Below are positions 17,184 to 25,203 of a DNA stretch of 64,000 nucleotides, one piece after another. The stretch covers positions 10,966 through 74,965 of the forward strand of contig JAFGQS010000144.1 in assembly GCA_016935565.1 (NCBI GenBank). Direction: 5' to 3'. Made by a program: the position numbers and the translations under genes. Each line of letters starts with the position of its first letter. Position 1 is the first letter of the stretch. The notes under the pieces were generated by a model that worked only from the letters and a program-made list of their open reading frames with translations, searched no databases and was not told the DNA's origin. This DNA comes from Deltaproteobacteria bacterium. GTDB taxonomy: Bacteria; Desulfobacterota; Syntrophia; Syntrophales; UBA6807.

Positions 17184-18119
17184 ATGACATCACTCAAGGT
17201 TGGCCTTGCACTCGGCAGTGGATCTGCTCGCGGGTGGGCACATATCGGCGTTATTAAAGCACTTCGCGACATGGGGATACATCCCGATATTATCAGCGGT
17301 TGTTCCATCGGTGCCCTGGTAGGTGGAGCATATGCAGCCGGCCACCTCGATGATCTGGAGACATGGTTACGAAACTTACGCAGAAAAGACGTTATCGGCT
17401 TTTTTGATCTCAATTTGTCAAGCGGTGGATTGATAGCAGGCGAACGCCTCATGAACTTTTTCCGTGATCGTGTTGGAGATGCAACAATTGAACTGCTACC
17501 CATCCCCTTTGCTGCTGTTGCAACCGATTTAAACACAGGCCGGGAAATCTGGTTAAGATCGGGTTCCCTCCTGGATGCCATTCGCGCTTCAATTTCCCTG
17601 CCGGGCATATTCACGCCCGTTCGAATCGATAACAGATGGCTTGTTGACGGCGGTCTGATAAATCCTGTGCCCGTTTCAATTTGCAGGGCCATGGGCGCCG
17701 ACATCGTTATTGCTGTCAACTTGAACGGTGGAATTGTGGGAAAACATTACCCGGCAGGTACGGCAAAAAACAGAGGCACCCCGAAGGTCCTCGGTATCGA
17801 TCAAGAATCGGGCACACTGGCAACGCGCTTGAAGAGCAGTTTAAAAAACAGCGTCGATACTATGCTCTCCCAGGTTTGGCGGAGTGAAGACGACGCTCCC
17901 GGCCTTTTCGACGTGCTGGCCAACTCCCTCAACATCATGCAGGATCGTATCACTCGCAGTCGAATGGCAGGCGATCCGCCTGATATCATCATTACACCCC
18001 GCCTCGAGCACCTGGGACTGTTGGAATTCTATCGCGCCGCCGAAGCTATCGAAGAGGGAACGGTGCGCACTCTGCAAGCGGGGCAGATCATCAGTCAGAG
18101 CTTGAATACCGGCACGTAA
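17184..18119 (+). CDS. rssA: Patatin-like phospholipase (RssA-like)
   Basis: LGSGSARGWAHIGV, GCSIG nucleophile motif, LVDGG. Confidence 0.88.
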   Translation: MTSLKVGLALGSGSARGWAHIGVIKALRDMGIHPDIISGCSIGALVGGAYAAGHLDDLETWLRNLRRKDVIGFFDLNLSSGGLIAGERLMNFFRDRVGDATIELLPIPFAAVATDLNTGREIWLRSGSLLDAIRASISLPGIFTPVRIDNRWLVDGGLINPVPVSICRAMGADIVIAVNLNGGIVGKHYPAGTAKNRGTPKVLGIDQESGTLATRLKSSLKNSVDTMLSQVWRSEDDAPGLFDVLANSLNIMQDRITRSRMAGDPPDIIITPRLEHLGLLEFYRAAEAIEEGTVRTLQAGQIISQSLNTGT

Positions 18120-18332
18120 TATCTCTTGAGTTAACGTTTTTTCCGTTAATCGACGATTTCGTCTTTAGCGCACCATCTGTTGTGCCGATATTCTATATGA
18201 TTTCAGAATCAACTATTATCAAATCATAAAGCATCTATGATTGAACAAAACTTGGCCTGTTGATTATCAACATCTCAACTCTTCAGTATGAAGCCGATAT
18301 CTTCAGGCAATTTTATCACTTTGAAAGGTCAC

Positions 18333-18689
18333 ATGATGAGCAAAGAACGAAGGAAACGTACAAGGGTGCCCGTTACGTTTGATGTAAGCATTTCGATCGG
18401 GGGGAAAAAAGTAAGTGTACAGACCTTAAATATAAGTTTGACCGGCATACTGTGCACTGCGGATGATCGTTTTCAAAAAGATGGAGAGTGTCTGGTCATA
18501 ATAAACCTGGATACGGATATTCACATAACACTTCAAGGAAAAATCCTGAGAACGGAAGCACAGGAAACAGCAATTGCATTTTCAACCATGGATGAAGAAA
18601 GTTTTGCACACCTTAAAAGGCTTGTGCAATACAATGCCGTCGACGCAGATACAATAGATGAAGAACTCCGCACACCGGCATTTTCGTGA
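18333..18689 (+). CDS. PilZ domain protein
   Basis: ERRKRTRVP (RxxxR) and NISLTG (D/NxSxxG); start 18333/18336 after aaagg preferred over 18288. Confidence 0.85.
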   Translation: MMSKERRKRTRVPVTFDVSISIGGKKVSVQTLNISLTGILCTADDRFQKDGECLVIINLDTDIHITLQGKILRTEAQETAIAFSTMDEESFAHLKRLVQYNAVDADTIDEELRTPAFS

Positions 18690-18785
18690 TGTGTACTTGA
18701 ATTTTCAGCATACCCAAGGATGGAAATCCGCATACTTTGATCCACGGTACGCTCATGCGTAACAAATAAGAAAAAAATTAAAGTG

Positions 18786-20324
18786 CTATTGGCTCCCGGA
18801 GGATTTGTAACGTATATATCTCATGCACACAACGAGAGGCAACATGATAATCAGCATCACTGACATAACATAAAAAACGTCATTGAATGACATCATGGAA
18901 GCTTCGAGTAACAATTTCTTGTAGATAACAACAAGCCCGCCTTTATTGGTGAATGCCGGTTCGAAACCTTGATAATCCAAAACTCGTGCTGTCTGGTGAC
19001 TACTCCACATATAATTCATATCAAACGGCGTGAGATGATCAATAAGGCGGGATTGATGAAACTGCGCCCTTCTGGTCAGAAGTGTTGTGGAGAAAGCGAC
19101 GACAAAGCTCCCACCGAGATTTCTCACGAGATTAAAAATAGAGGTAGCATTGCCCATCTCCTCTTTCCTGATATGAGAAAGAGTCAGGGTAAAGAGAGGA
19201 ACCATGACAAATCCCATACCGATACCCATGTAAATCCGAGGTTCCAAAATCGTCACAAAATCTGCAGAGCGATTGAATGCCGACATGAGATAGGTTGAAT
19301 AGGAAACCATGATGATTCCCGCAGCTATGATAATCTTCGGATTTATTCGCGATATAAGAATCCCGGCAATAGCCATGGCAAAAAGGCTCGCTATGCCGCC
19401 CGGTGCGAGTACCAACCCGGCAAGGGTTGCTGTATAGCCCATTAATGTCTGAAGGTAAATTGGTAGAAGAACGATGCTTCCGAAAAGGTTAAACATGACG
19501 AAAAAGGCAACAACATTTCCGATGCTGAATGAATAGTTCTTAAAAGCCTTAAAGTTGACGATGGGATATTCTGCAAATATTTCTATAATAACAAAGAGTA
19601 TGAGAGCTGCAACTGACATGATACTCAACCATATGATCGTTTCAGACGAAAACCAGTCCAACCTGCGTCCTCTATCTAAAATCATCTGGAGACATCCCAC
19701 ACCGACAGCAAGAAAAATCAGTCCCCAGTAATCAATCTTCATTTTCGACCCTTTTATATAGTGGGGATCCACAATAAACAAAAGCGTCATCAAGATTGAG
19801 ATGATACCGATAGGAATATTGATGTAGAATATCCAGTGCCACGTCCAGTTGTCGGTAATCCATCCACCCATGACGGGACCGATGATTGGTCCGAACATGA
19901 CGCCCGCGCCGAAGATTGCCATCGCCATACCATGCTGACGAGGGGGAAAGGTTTCGAGGAGTATCGACTGAGACATCGGCTGTAATGACCCGCCGGCAAG
20001 ACCCTGAAGGACCCTGAAAAAAACCAGACTCTGTATATTCCAGGCAAGACCGCAAAAGAGTGAACTCAGGGTAAAAAGGCCAACGGAAAAAATGAGATAC
20101 TGTTTCCTGCCGAAGAGCCTGCTGAGCCAGCCGGTCATGGGAATAATGATTGCGTTGGCTGCAAGGTACGATGTAATCGACCAGGTTGCTTCATCAATAC
20201 CGGCCGAGAGGCTTCCCCGGATGTGATCGAGAGAAACGTTTACCACGGAGGTGTCTACAATAACCATGAGCGTGGGAAGCATGACGGTTAATGCAATAAT
20301 CCACTTATTGACATTTGTCGGCAT
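18786..20324 (-). CDS. emrB: DHA2-family MFS efflux permease (EmrB/QacA)
   Basis: DTSVVNVSL, TWSITSYL, GWLSRLFGRK, FRVLQG, GPIIGPVMGGWITDN, RNLGGS; many TM segments. Confidence 0.9.
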   Translation of the reverse strand: MPTNVNKWIIALTVMLPTLMVIVDTSVVNVSLDHIRGSLSAGIDEATWSITSYLAANAIIIPMTGWLSRLFGRKQYLIFSVGLFTLSSLFCGLAWNIQSLVFFRVLQGLAGGSLQPMSQSILLETFPPRQHGMAMAIFGAGVMFGPIIGPVMGGWITDNWTWHWIFYINIPIGIISILMTLLFIVDPHYIKGSKMKIDYWGLIFLAVGVGCLQMILDRGRRLDWFSSETIIWLSIMSVAALILFVIIEIFAEYPIVNFKAFKNYSFSIGNVVAFFVMFNLFGSIVLLPIYLQTLMGYTATLAGLVLAPGGIASLFAMAIAGILISRINPKIIIAAGIIMVSYSTYLMSAFNRSADFVTILEPRIYMGIGMGFVMVPLFTLTLSHIRKEEMGNATSIFNLVRNLGGSFVVAFSTTLLTRRAQFHQSRLIDHLTPFDMNYMWSSHQTARVLDYQGFEPAFTNKGGLVVIYKKLLLEASMMSFNDVFYVMSVMLIIMLPLVVCMRYIRYKSSGSQ

Positions 20325-20345
20325 CGTAACGTTTACAACCCTTTA

Positions 20346-21440
20346 TTATTTGATAATTATGGTAGGAACAACAGACATGCCGATTCTGAAAATATGGTCG
20401 GGATCGGTCCCTTCTTTGAGTATAATCTTAACGGGTATACGCTGTACGACCTTTACATAATTTCCCGTGGCATTCTCCGGCGGGAAGAGAGAAAAGACAG
20501 AGCCTGTACCCGCCATAATGCTCTCGACTCTACCGAAAAATTCTTTTCCCGGATATGTATCTACTTTTATTTTCACGTCCTGTCCTGGCTTGACATGTTC
20601 AAGCTGGGTTTCCTTATAGTTTGCCTTTATCCATATATCATTGAGAGGAACAACCGCCATGAGTGGTTGTCCTGCCTGGATCTGATTCCCGATTTCAACG
20701 GTCTTTTTTGTGAGATAACCCTCTGAGGGTGCGTAGATTTTCGTATAACTTCTTTGTAGCTTTTCTGCCCTGAGTATCGCTTCCTTTTGTTTTATCTTCG
20801 ATTTCTGGGATTGAAAAGCCGACTTTGCCTGAATAATAACAGCTTCTTGCGTTTCACGAGACGCCTCTGCCTGCCGCAGTTGGTCTTTCGATGCCTCGAA
20901 TCTCGCCACCGCGATGTCATAACCGGTTTGTGTCTTTTCGAACTGTTCTTCAGGCATAATATGCTTTGTAAAGAGCCTCCGGGCACGGGTTAGATCCTGT
21001 TCGGCTTGTTTAAAATTTGCCTCCTGGAGTCTTAGCTGTGCCGCAGCCGATTCTATCCCGAAACGCAACTCAGACAGTCTCTTCGCTGCCACATCCACCG
21101 TTGTCGAAAGTTCCTCAAGCTTCGCCTTTTCGGCATCCAAAGTCGATTCTGCCTGTTCAACTCTCACGGCATAATCTCGATCGTCAATTTCCGCAAGAAG
21201 CTTGTCCTTTTCGACAAACTCATTATCGCGGACATAAATGGCCTTAACCGTGCCGGGTACCTTTGATGCTATCACATGAATCCGGCCATCAACAAAGGCA
21301 TCATCCGTTGTTATATGAGTCTTTCTGTATTCCAGATAAACATGGATTGCAATGATTCCCATTATTACAATGATGGAAAACAGCAATATGGCGATCAATT
21401 TCCTTTTTTGGTTATTTCGTACTTCTCCTGATCCTCCCAT
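20346..21440 (-). CDS. emrA: HlyD/EmrA membrane fusion protein
   Basis: TDDAFVDG, ANYKETQL, PPENATGNYVKVVQRIPVKI. Confidence 0.92.
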   Translation of the reverse strand: MGGSGEVRNNQKRKLIAILLFSIIVIMGIIAIHVYLEYRKTHITTDDAFVDGRIHVIASKVPGTVKAIYVRDNEFVEKDKLLAEIDDRDYAVRVEQAESTLDAEKAKLEELSTTVDVAAKRLSELRFGIESAAAQLRLQEANFKQAEQDLTRARRLFTKHIMPEEQFEKTQTGYDIAVARFEASKDQLRQAEASRETQEAVIIQAKSAFQSQKSKIKQKEAILRAEKLQRSYTKIYAPSEGYLTKKTVEIGNQIQAGQPLMAVVPLNDIWIKANYKETQLEHVKPGQDVKIKVDTYPGKEFFGRVESIMAGTGSVFSLFPPENATGNYVKVVQRIPVKIILKEGTDPDHIFRIGMSVVPTIIIK

Positions 21441-22032
21441 GTATGTGTAAACCTCCCATCCCTCCTCTTTTCGACATTGAAATGTTTCTTACGATCTGCG
21501 GCGGAAGATAATCCCGTTATCATTCCGGACATGAGATTATCCGGTTATGTCACCTCAAAGTCCCCTCTTATGGAAATCTCTTGGCACAAAGTTGGCGTGA
21601 GATCAGATCCTGTATTCAATTATACGTTGTACGTCAAGCTCTGAACACCACAAATTGAAAATAAGAAATAAGCTGGGCTCAACATATACAATTTCTCCAT
21701 CTTTAACAAGGGCAAAGTATTTTCATAGCCGGATCTAATCATACGGATTTTCAAGGGGATGAGGAGATTGCACTGATTGATGATAGTTCGTGCGATACTC
21801 TGAGAATATGTGATACGTCAGCCCCTGATCACAGGGGAATATGCACGATTTATCGTGAACTGCAAAGAGGTGTAAAATGTTCCGATGACAAACGAACAAT
21901 TAAAGGCGGAAATCATGAGAAGCATGTAATCTTGGAAAGTTTTTTTCGAAGACACGATATGTCATCACTCGACACGCCGTGTTTCCACAAATAAATCAAT
22001 TATCTACTATGAATACCTATTATTGAGATTTG

Positions 22033-22383
22033 TCATACAATGAGATCGAGCACTGTCCCCTGCATTTCCTCTTCCGTCCGGATCGTTGCGAGATTGGCAT
22101 CGTACATGTGCTGAGTGACAATCAGGTCGGCAAGTTCATCTTCCAGAACCACATTGGATGTTTCCTTACTATCAGGATGACTCTCGTCGGCAGGCAAGGG
22201 CATACCCGGTGTTTCGACCTGACTTATGGATACCTTGACACCTGACGGATATGCCTCCTGAAGAACTGTTTGGCTCTTCTTAAAACCTTCCGTATTCACG
22301 TTGGCAATATTATTGGCGGTAACATCCAATTTTCTGACGAATGATCTGAGTGCCGTAAGGGCAACATTCGCAGCATTTGACAT
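22033..22383 (-). CDS. Small flagellar basal-body rod (FlgC-like) domain protein
   Basis: TANNIANVNTEGFK N-terminal motif and SNVVLEDEL..YDANL..EEMQGTVLDL C-terminal motif; start 22383 preferred over 22434. Confidence 0.8.
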   Translation of the reverse strand: MSNAANVALTALRSFVRKLDVTANNIANVNTEGFKKSQTVLQEAYPSGVKVSISQVETPGMPLPADESHPDSKETSNVVLEDELADLIVTQHMYDANLATIRTEEEMQGTVLDLIV

Positions 22384-22416
22384 TACACAACACCCCCACA
22401 TTAAATATACAGTATA

Positions 22417-22443
22417 GTTTCGGCAGTTTTTCAAAATACTTTA
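22417..22443 (-). promoter_or_regulatory. Sigma28 (FliA) promoter
   Basis: On the - strand: TAAA-gtattttgaaaaact(15)-GCCGAAAC, directly upstream of the FlgC-like gene. Confidence 0.65.
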
Positions 22444-22589
22444 AGCGAGCCAATGGTCTCTGAATTTCAGCCATGACTGGTTCCTCACACTATAGCCCCT
22501 CACAGCCAAAATGAAAACGATAGATCACAAAACTGAATAAGTAAAATTAATTACAAAAGGTGAGAGATTTGTCGGCCCATGACGATGCA

Positions 22590-22860
22590 GTGGCCTATAA
22601 AGCTTTTTGTGGTTGATACCGGGCGGCGTAATTCCGGATGTTATCATTCTCGATATGATTATGCCGGGCATGAATGGTGAAGAAACCTTTGAACCCGTGA
22701 GAAGGATAAACCCTCAGGTCCCCATAATCCTCTCAAGCTGCTATAGTATATAAGATCCGGCTGCCAAGATTATGGATCAGGATTGCTCCGCTTTTATACA
22801 AAAACCCTTCAGCGCAAGTGATCCGTCAAAAAAATATGAGACGTGCTGGATTTGAAGTAG
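22590..22860 (+). pseudogene. Degraded response-regulator receiver (REC) domain
   Basis: From 22637: DVIILDMIMPGMNGEETFEPVRRINPQVPIILSSCYSI*DPAAKIMDQDCSAFIQKPF; in-frame TAA 22751; frameshifted RDVLD tail; 5' boundary approximate. Confidence 0.75.
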
Positions 22861-23024
22861 AATGTCTCCACTTCATACGGCAAAGTTGATTTGCTTATGC
22901 AACAACAGTTGCCCGGCTATCATTCCAGCAATAAGCGAGGAAATACTTACCCGTCCCTTGGCGACAAAGATGATTCATTTGGGCCGGATGAATGCAAACT
23001 ATAACAATCACACTTTGCTGATGG

Positions 23025-23219
23025 TTATTCTGTTTCAAGGGGAGGAAACGGCAACGGAATCTGTCTCCACGCGTTCAGACACCGGCGACAGTATGGCCGC
23101 TTGAGAGCTCGTGCCTTACATGCCGTTATATCAATCATATATCCGTGCTTTTCACACCATCTGGTTACGTATTGGTTCTGACGTGAGTTTCGAATTTTTT
23201 TTGACTTTATTTTCTTCAT
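23025..23219 (-). CDS. Small basic Cys/His-containing hypothetical protein
   Basis: WCEKH..ACKAR..CRRC pattern, 64 aa. Confidence 0.45.
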   Translation of the reverse strand: MKKIKSKKIRNSRQNQYVTRWCEKHGYMIDITACKARALKRPYCRRCLNAWRQIPLPFPPLETE

Positions 23220-23568
23220 ACAAGTAGTCGGCTCAAAATGTTATAGTGGCATTACCGATCACATCGTCCCCTCCATATCACGAAGGGTATCGATACATAA
23301 GTTAACCACAGTCCAGAAATGCCGTCTACCGGAAAATCAGGTCTCGTCATTTTCATATATCCGATACCGGTCTCCGTCGAAGCCCTAAAAAATATTGACA
23401 ATCATCGGTAAATATTTTACCTTTTCTGTCAAATGGTTTTAGTTTTTAAGGTGTTGCTCATAGTATAACCAATTTGAAAGGAGGGAAACGGGAAATAAAA
23501 GGGATCCTGAGTTAAGAAAGAGGGAACATTAAACAATATATTTTTTACGGCTGAAAGGAGAGAGCACA

Positions 23569-24591
23569 ATGTTGACAAAAAGGTATATGCTACTGTTAAT
23601 AGTAGCAATGGTAGCTTTATCAATGATATTTGCCGGGCCTTCATTTGCGGCAAAGAAATTCTTTGCCATAGCCACCGGTGGTACGGGGGGAACCTATTAT
23701 CCTCTCGGTGGTGCTCTGGCCCAGGCTCTATCCACCAAGCTTCCCGATGTCATAATTACTGCCCAGTCGGGAAATGCATCAGTGGCCAATTGTAATCTTA
23801 TAGGAGAAGGTGAGATCGAATCTGCCTTTGTTCAGAACAATGTTGCCTATGCCGCATATACCGGTACTGCTCAATTTGAAGGAAAGCCGATAAAGAACCT
23901 GCGGGGAATTGCCTCTCTCTACCCTGAGACCATCCAGATCGTCGCCAGAGCTGATGCCGGTATTACAAGCATAATGGATATAAAAGGAAAAAGACTCGTA
24001 CCCGGCGACAGAGGTAGTGGAACAGAAGTCGACTGTCTCAATGTTTTGAAAGGTATCGGTCTGACATATGATGATTTTGGAAATGTCGACTGGCTCAGTT
24101 TTGCAGGTGCTTCCCAGAGACTGAAAGACAGACAGGCTGACGTAGCCTTCATCACAGCCGGATGGCCCACATCTTCAATTACGGAGCTGGCTACAACATC
24201 GGACATTGTCCTTGTTCCCATGGAAGAAGATCTCATCAGAAAAGTAACGACAATGTTTCCATTTTATGCGAAGGTCGTTATCCCTGCAGGAACGTACAAA
24301 GGAGTTGACAAGGACATTCCCGCAATCACCACAATGGCACAGTGGGTCGTCGATGCCAGAGTTCCGAGCAGCGTTGTTTACGAACTGACAAAGGCTCTCT
24401 GGGAAAAGGGTACCCACGTCCTGCGGAAAACAGGTGATCAATATGCAGAAGCTCCAAGCGGAGCCGCAATCATGGCACAGACACATGCCAAAGGTAAAGA
24501 TGTCACCCTTGAAACCGCTCTGGATGGTATGGCGATACCGCTTCACCCCGGGGCAGCGAAGTTTTACCGGGAAAAGGGCATGATTAAATAA
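23569..24591 (+). CDS. TAXI-family TRAP transporter solute-binding protein
   Basis: Signal peptide, IATGGTGGTYYPLGG, SVAN, LYPETIQIV, GSGTE, IPLHPGAAKFYRE. Confidence 0.93.
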   Translation: MLTKRYMLLLIVAMVALSMIFAGPSFAAKKFFAIATGGTGGTYYPLGGALAQALSTKLPDVIITAQSGNASVANCNLIGEGEIESAFVQNNVAYAAYTGTAQFEGKPIKNLRGIASLYPETIQIVARADAGITSIMDIKGKRLVPGDRGSGTEVDCLNVLKGIGLTYDDFGNVDWLSFAGASQRLKDRQADVAFITAGWPTSSITELATTSDIVLVPMEEDLIRKVTTMFPFYAKVVIPAGTYKGVDKDIPAITTMAQWVVDARVPSSVVYELTKALWEKGTHVLRKTGDQYAEAPSGAAIMAQTHAKGKDVTLETALDGMAIPLHPGAAKFYREKGMIK

Positions 24592-24619
24592 CAGAAACAC
24601 GACATGACCTAAAGGAGGT

Positions 24620-24653
24620 AACTGGGCACCGCGGCCGTCGGTGCCCAGTTTTT
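24620..24653 (+). terminator. Intra-operon GC-rich hairpin with U-tract (terminator or stability element)
   Basis: aactgggcaccg-cggccgt-cggtgcccagtt followed by ttt. Confidence 0.65.
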
Positions 24654-25175
24654 ATGAAAGCACGATGGATCATACTCGTATTTCTTGGCGTTGTCTCCCC
24701 CTGTTTTCTCATCTCCCTGCATGCACTCCAGATAAAAGCACTCAGGGAGGGCAACGTTGTTTTCATGCAGATTGTTCACCCGAACGATCGATTTGAAGCA
24801 GGGTACATTCATTCGGTCGAAAGGTGTCCCGTGGGGGAATTTTTCAGGATAGACGAGAACTTTCGGATTATACTCTATGAAACGACCTTTGCTTCAAGCA
24901 ATACCGGTCTTCCCTCCGCCCTATCCGGTAATGAAAAGTTTCATAATGAAGGTGAATTTTTTAGGATTTCCAACATGGAAAGAGTTCTGCCTGAACTCCT
25001 GTTGTGGGTTCATGAAGACTATGACAATACACTGAAAATAGGTAAATCTCCGACGGTAAAGCTTCCTTCTCTTGCAGGGAATACGCTCTTACAAGTGCTG
25101 ATAAAAAAAATGACTCTTTTTGAGTATGCATGTCTGAAGGGGAAAATTTGTTTTATGTACCACAAAGGAAACTAA
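24654..25175 (+). CDS. DUF1850-family protein (TAXI-associated)
   Basis: YIHSVERCPVGEFF...GLPS pattern; located between TAXI SBP and permease genes. Confidence 0.8.
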   Translation: MKARWIILVFLGVVSPCFLISLHALQIKALREGNVVFMQIVHPNDRFEAGYIHSVERCPVGEFFRIDENFRIILYETTFASSNTGLPSALSGNEKFHNEGEFFRISNMERVLPELLLWVHEDYDNTLKIGKSPTVKLPSLAGNTLLQVLIKKMTLFEYACLKGKICFMYHKGN

Positions 25176-25203
25176 CGATATGAATGACGAAAGAAAGGCT
25201 TAA

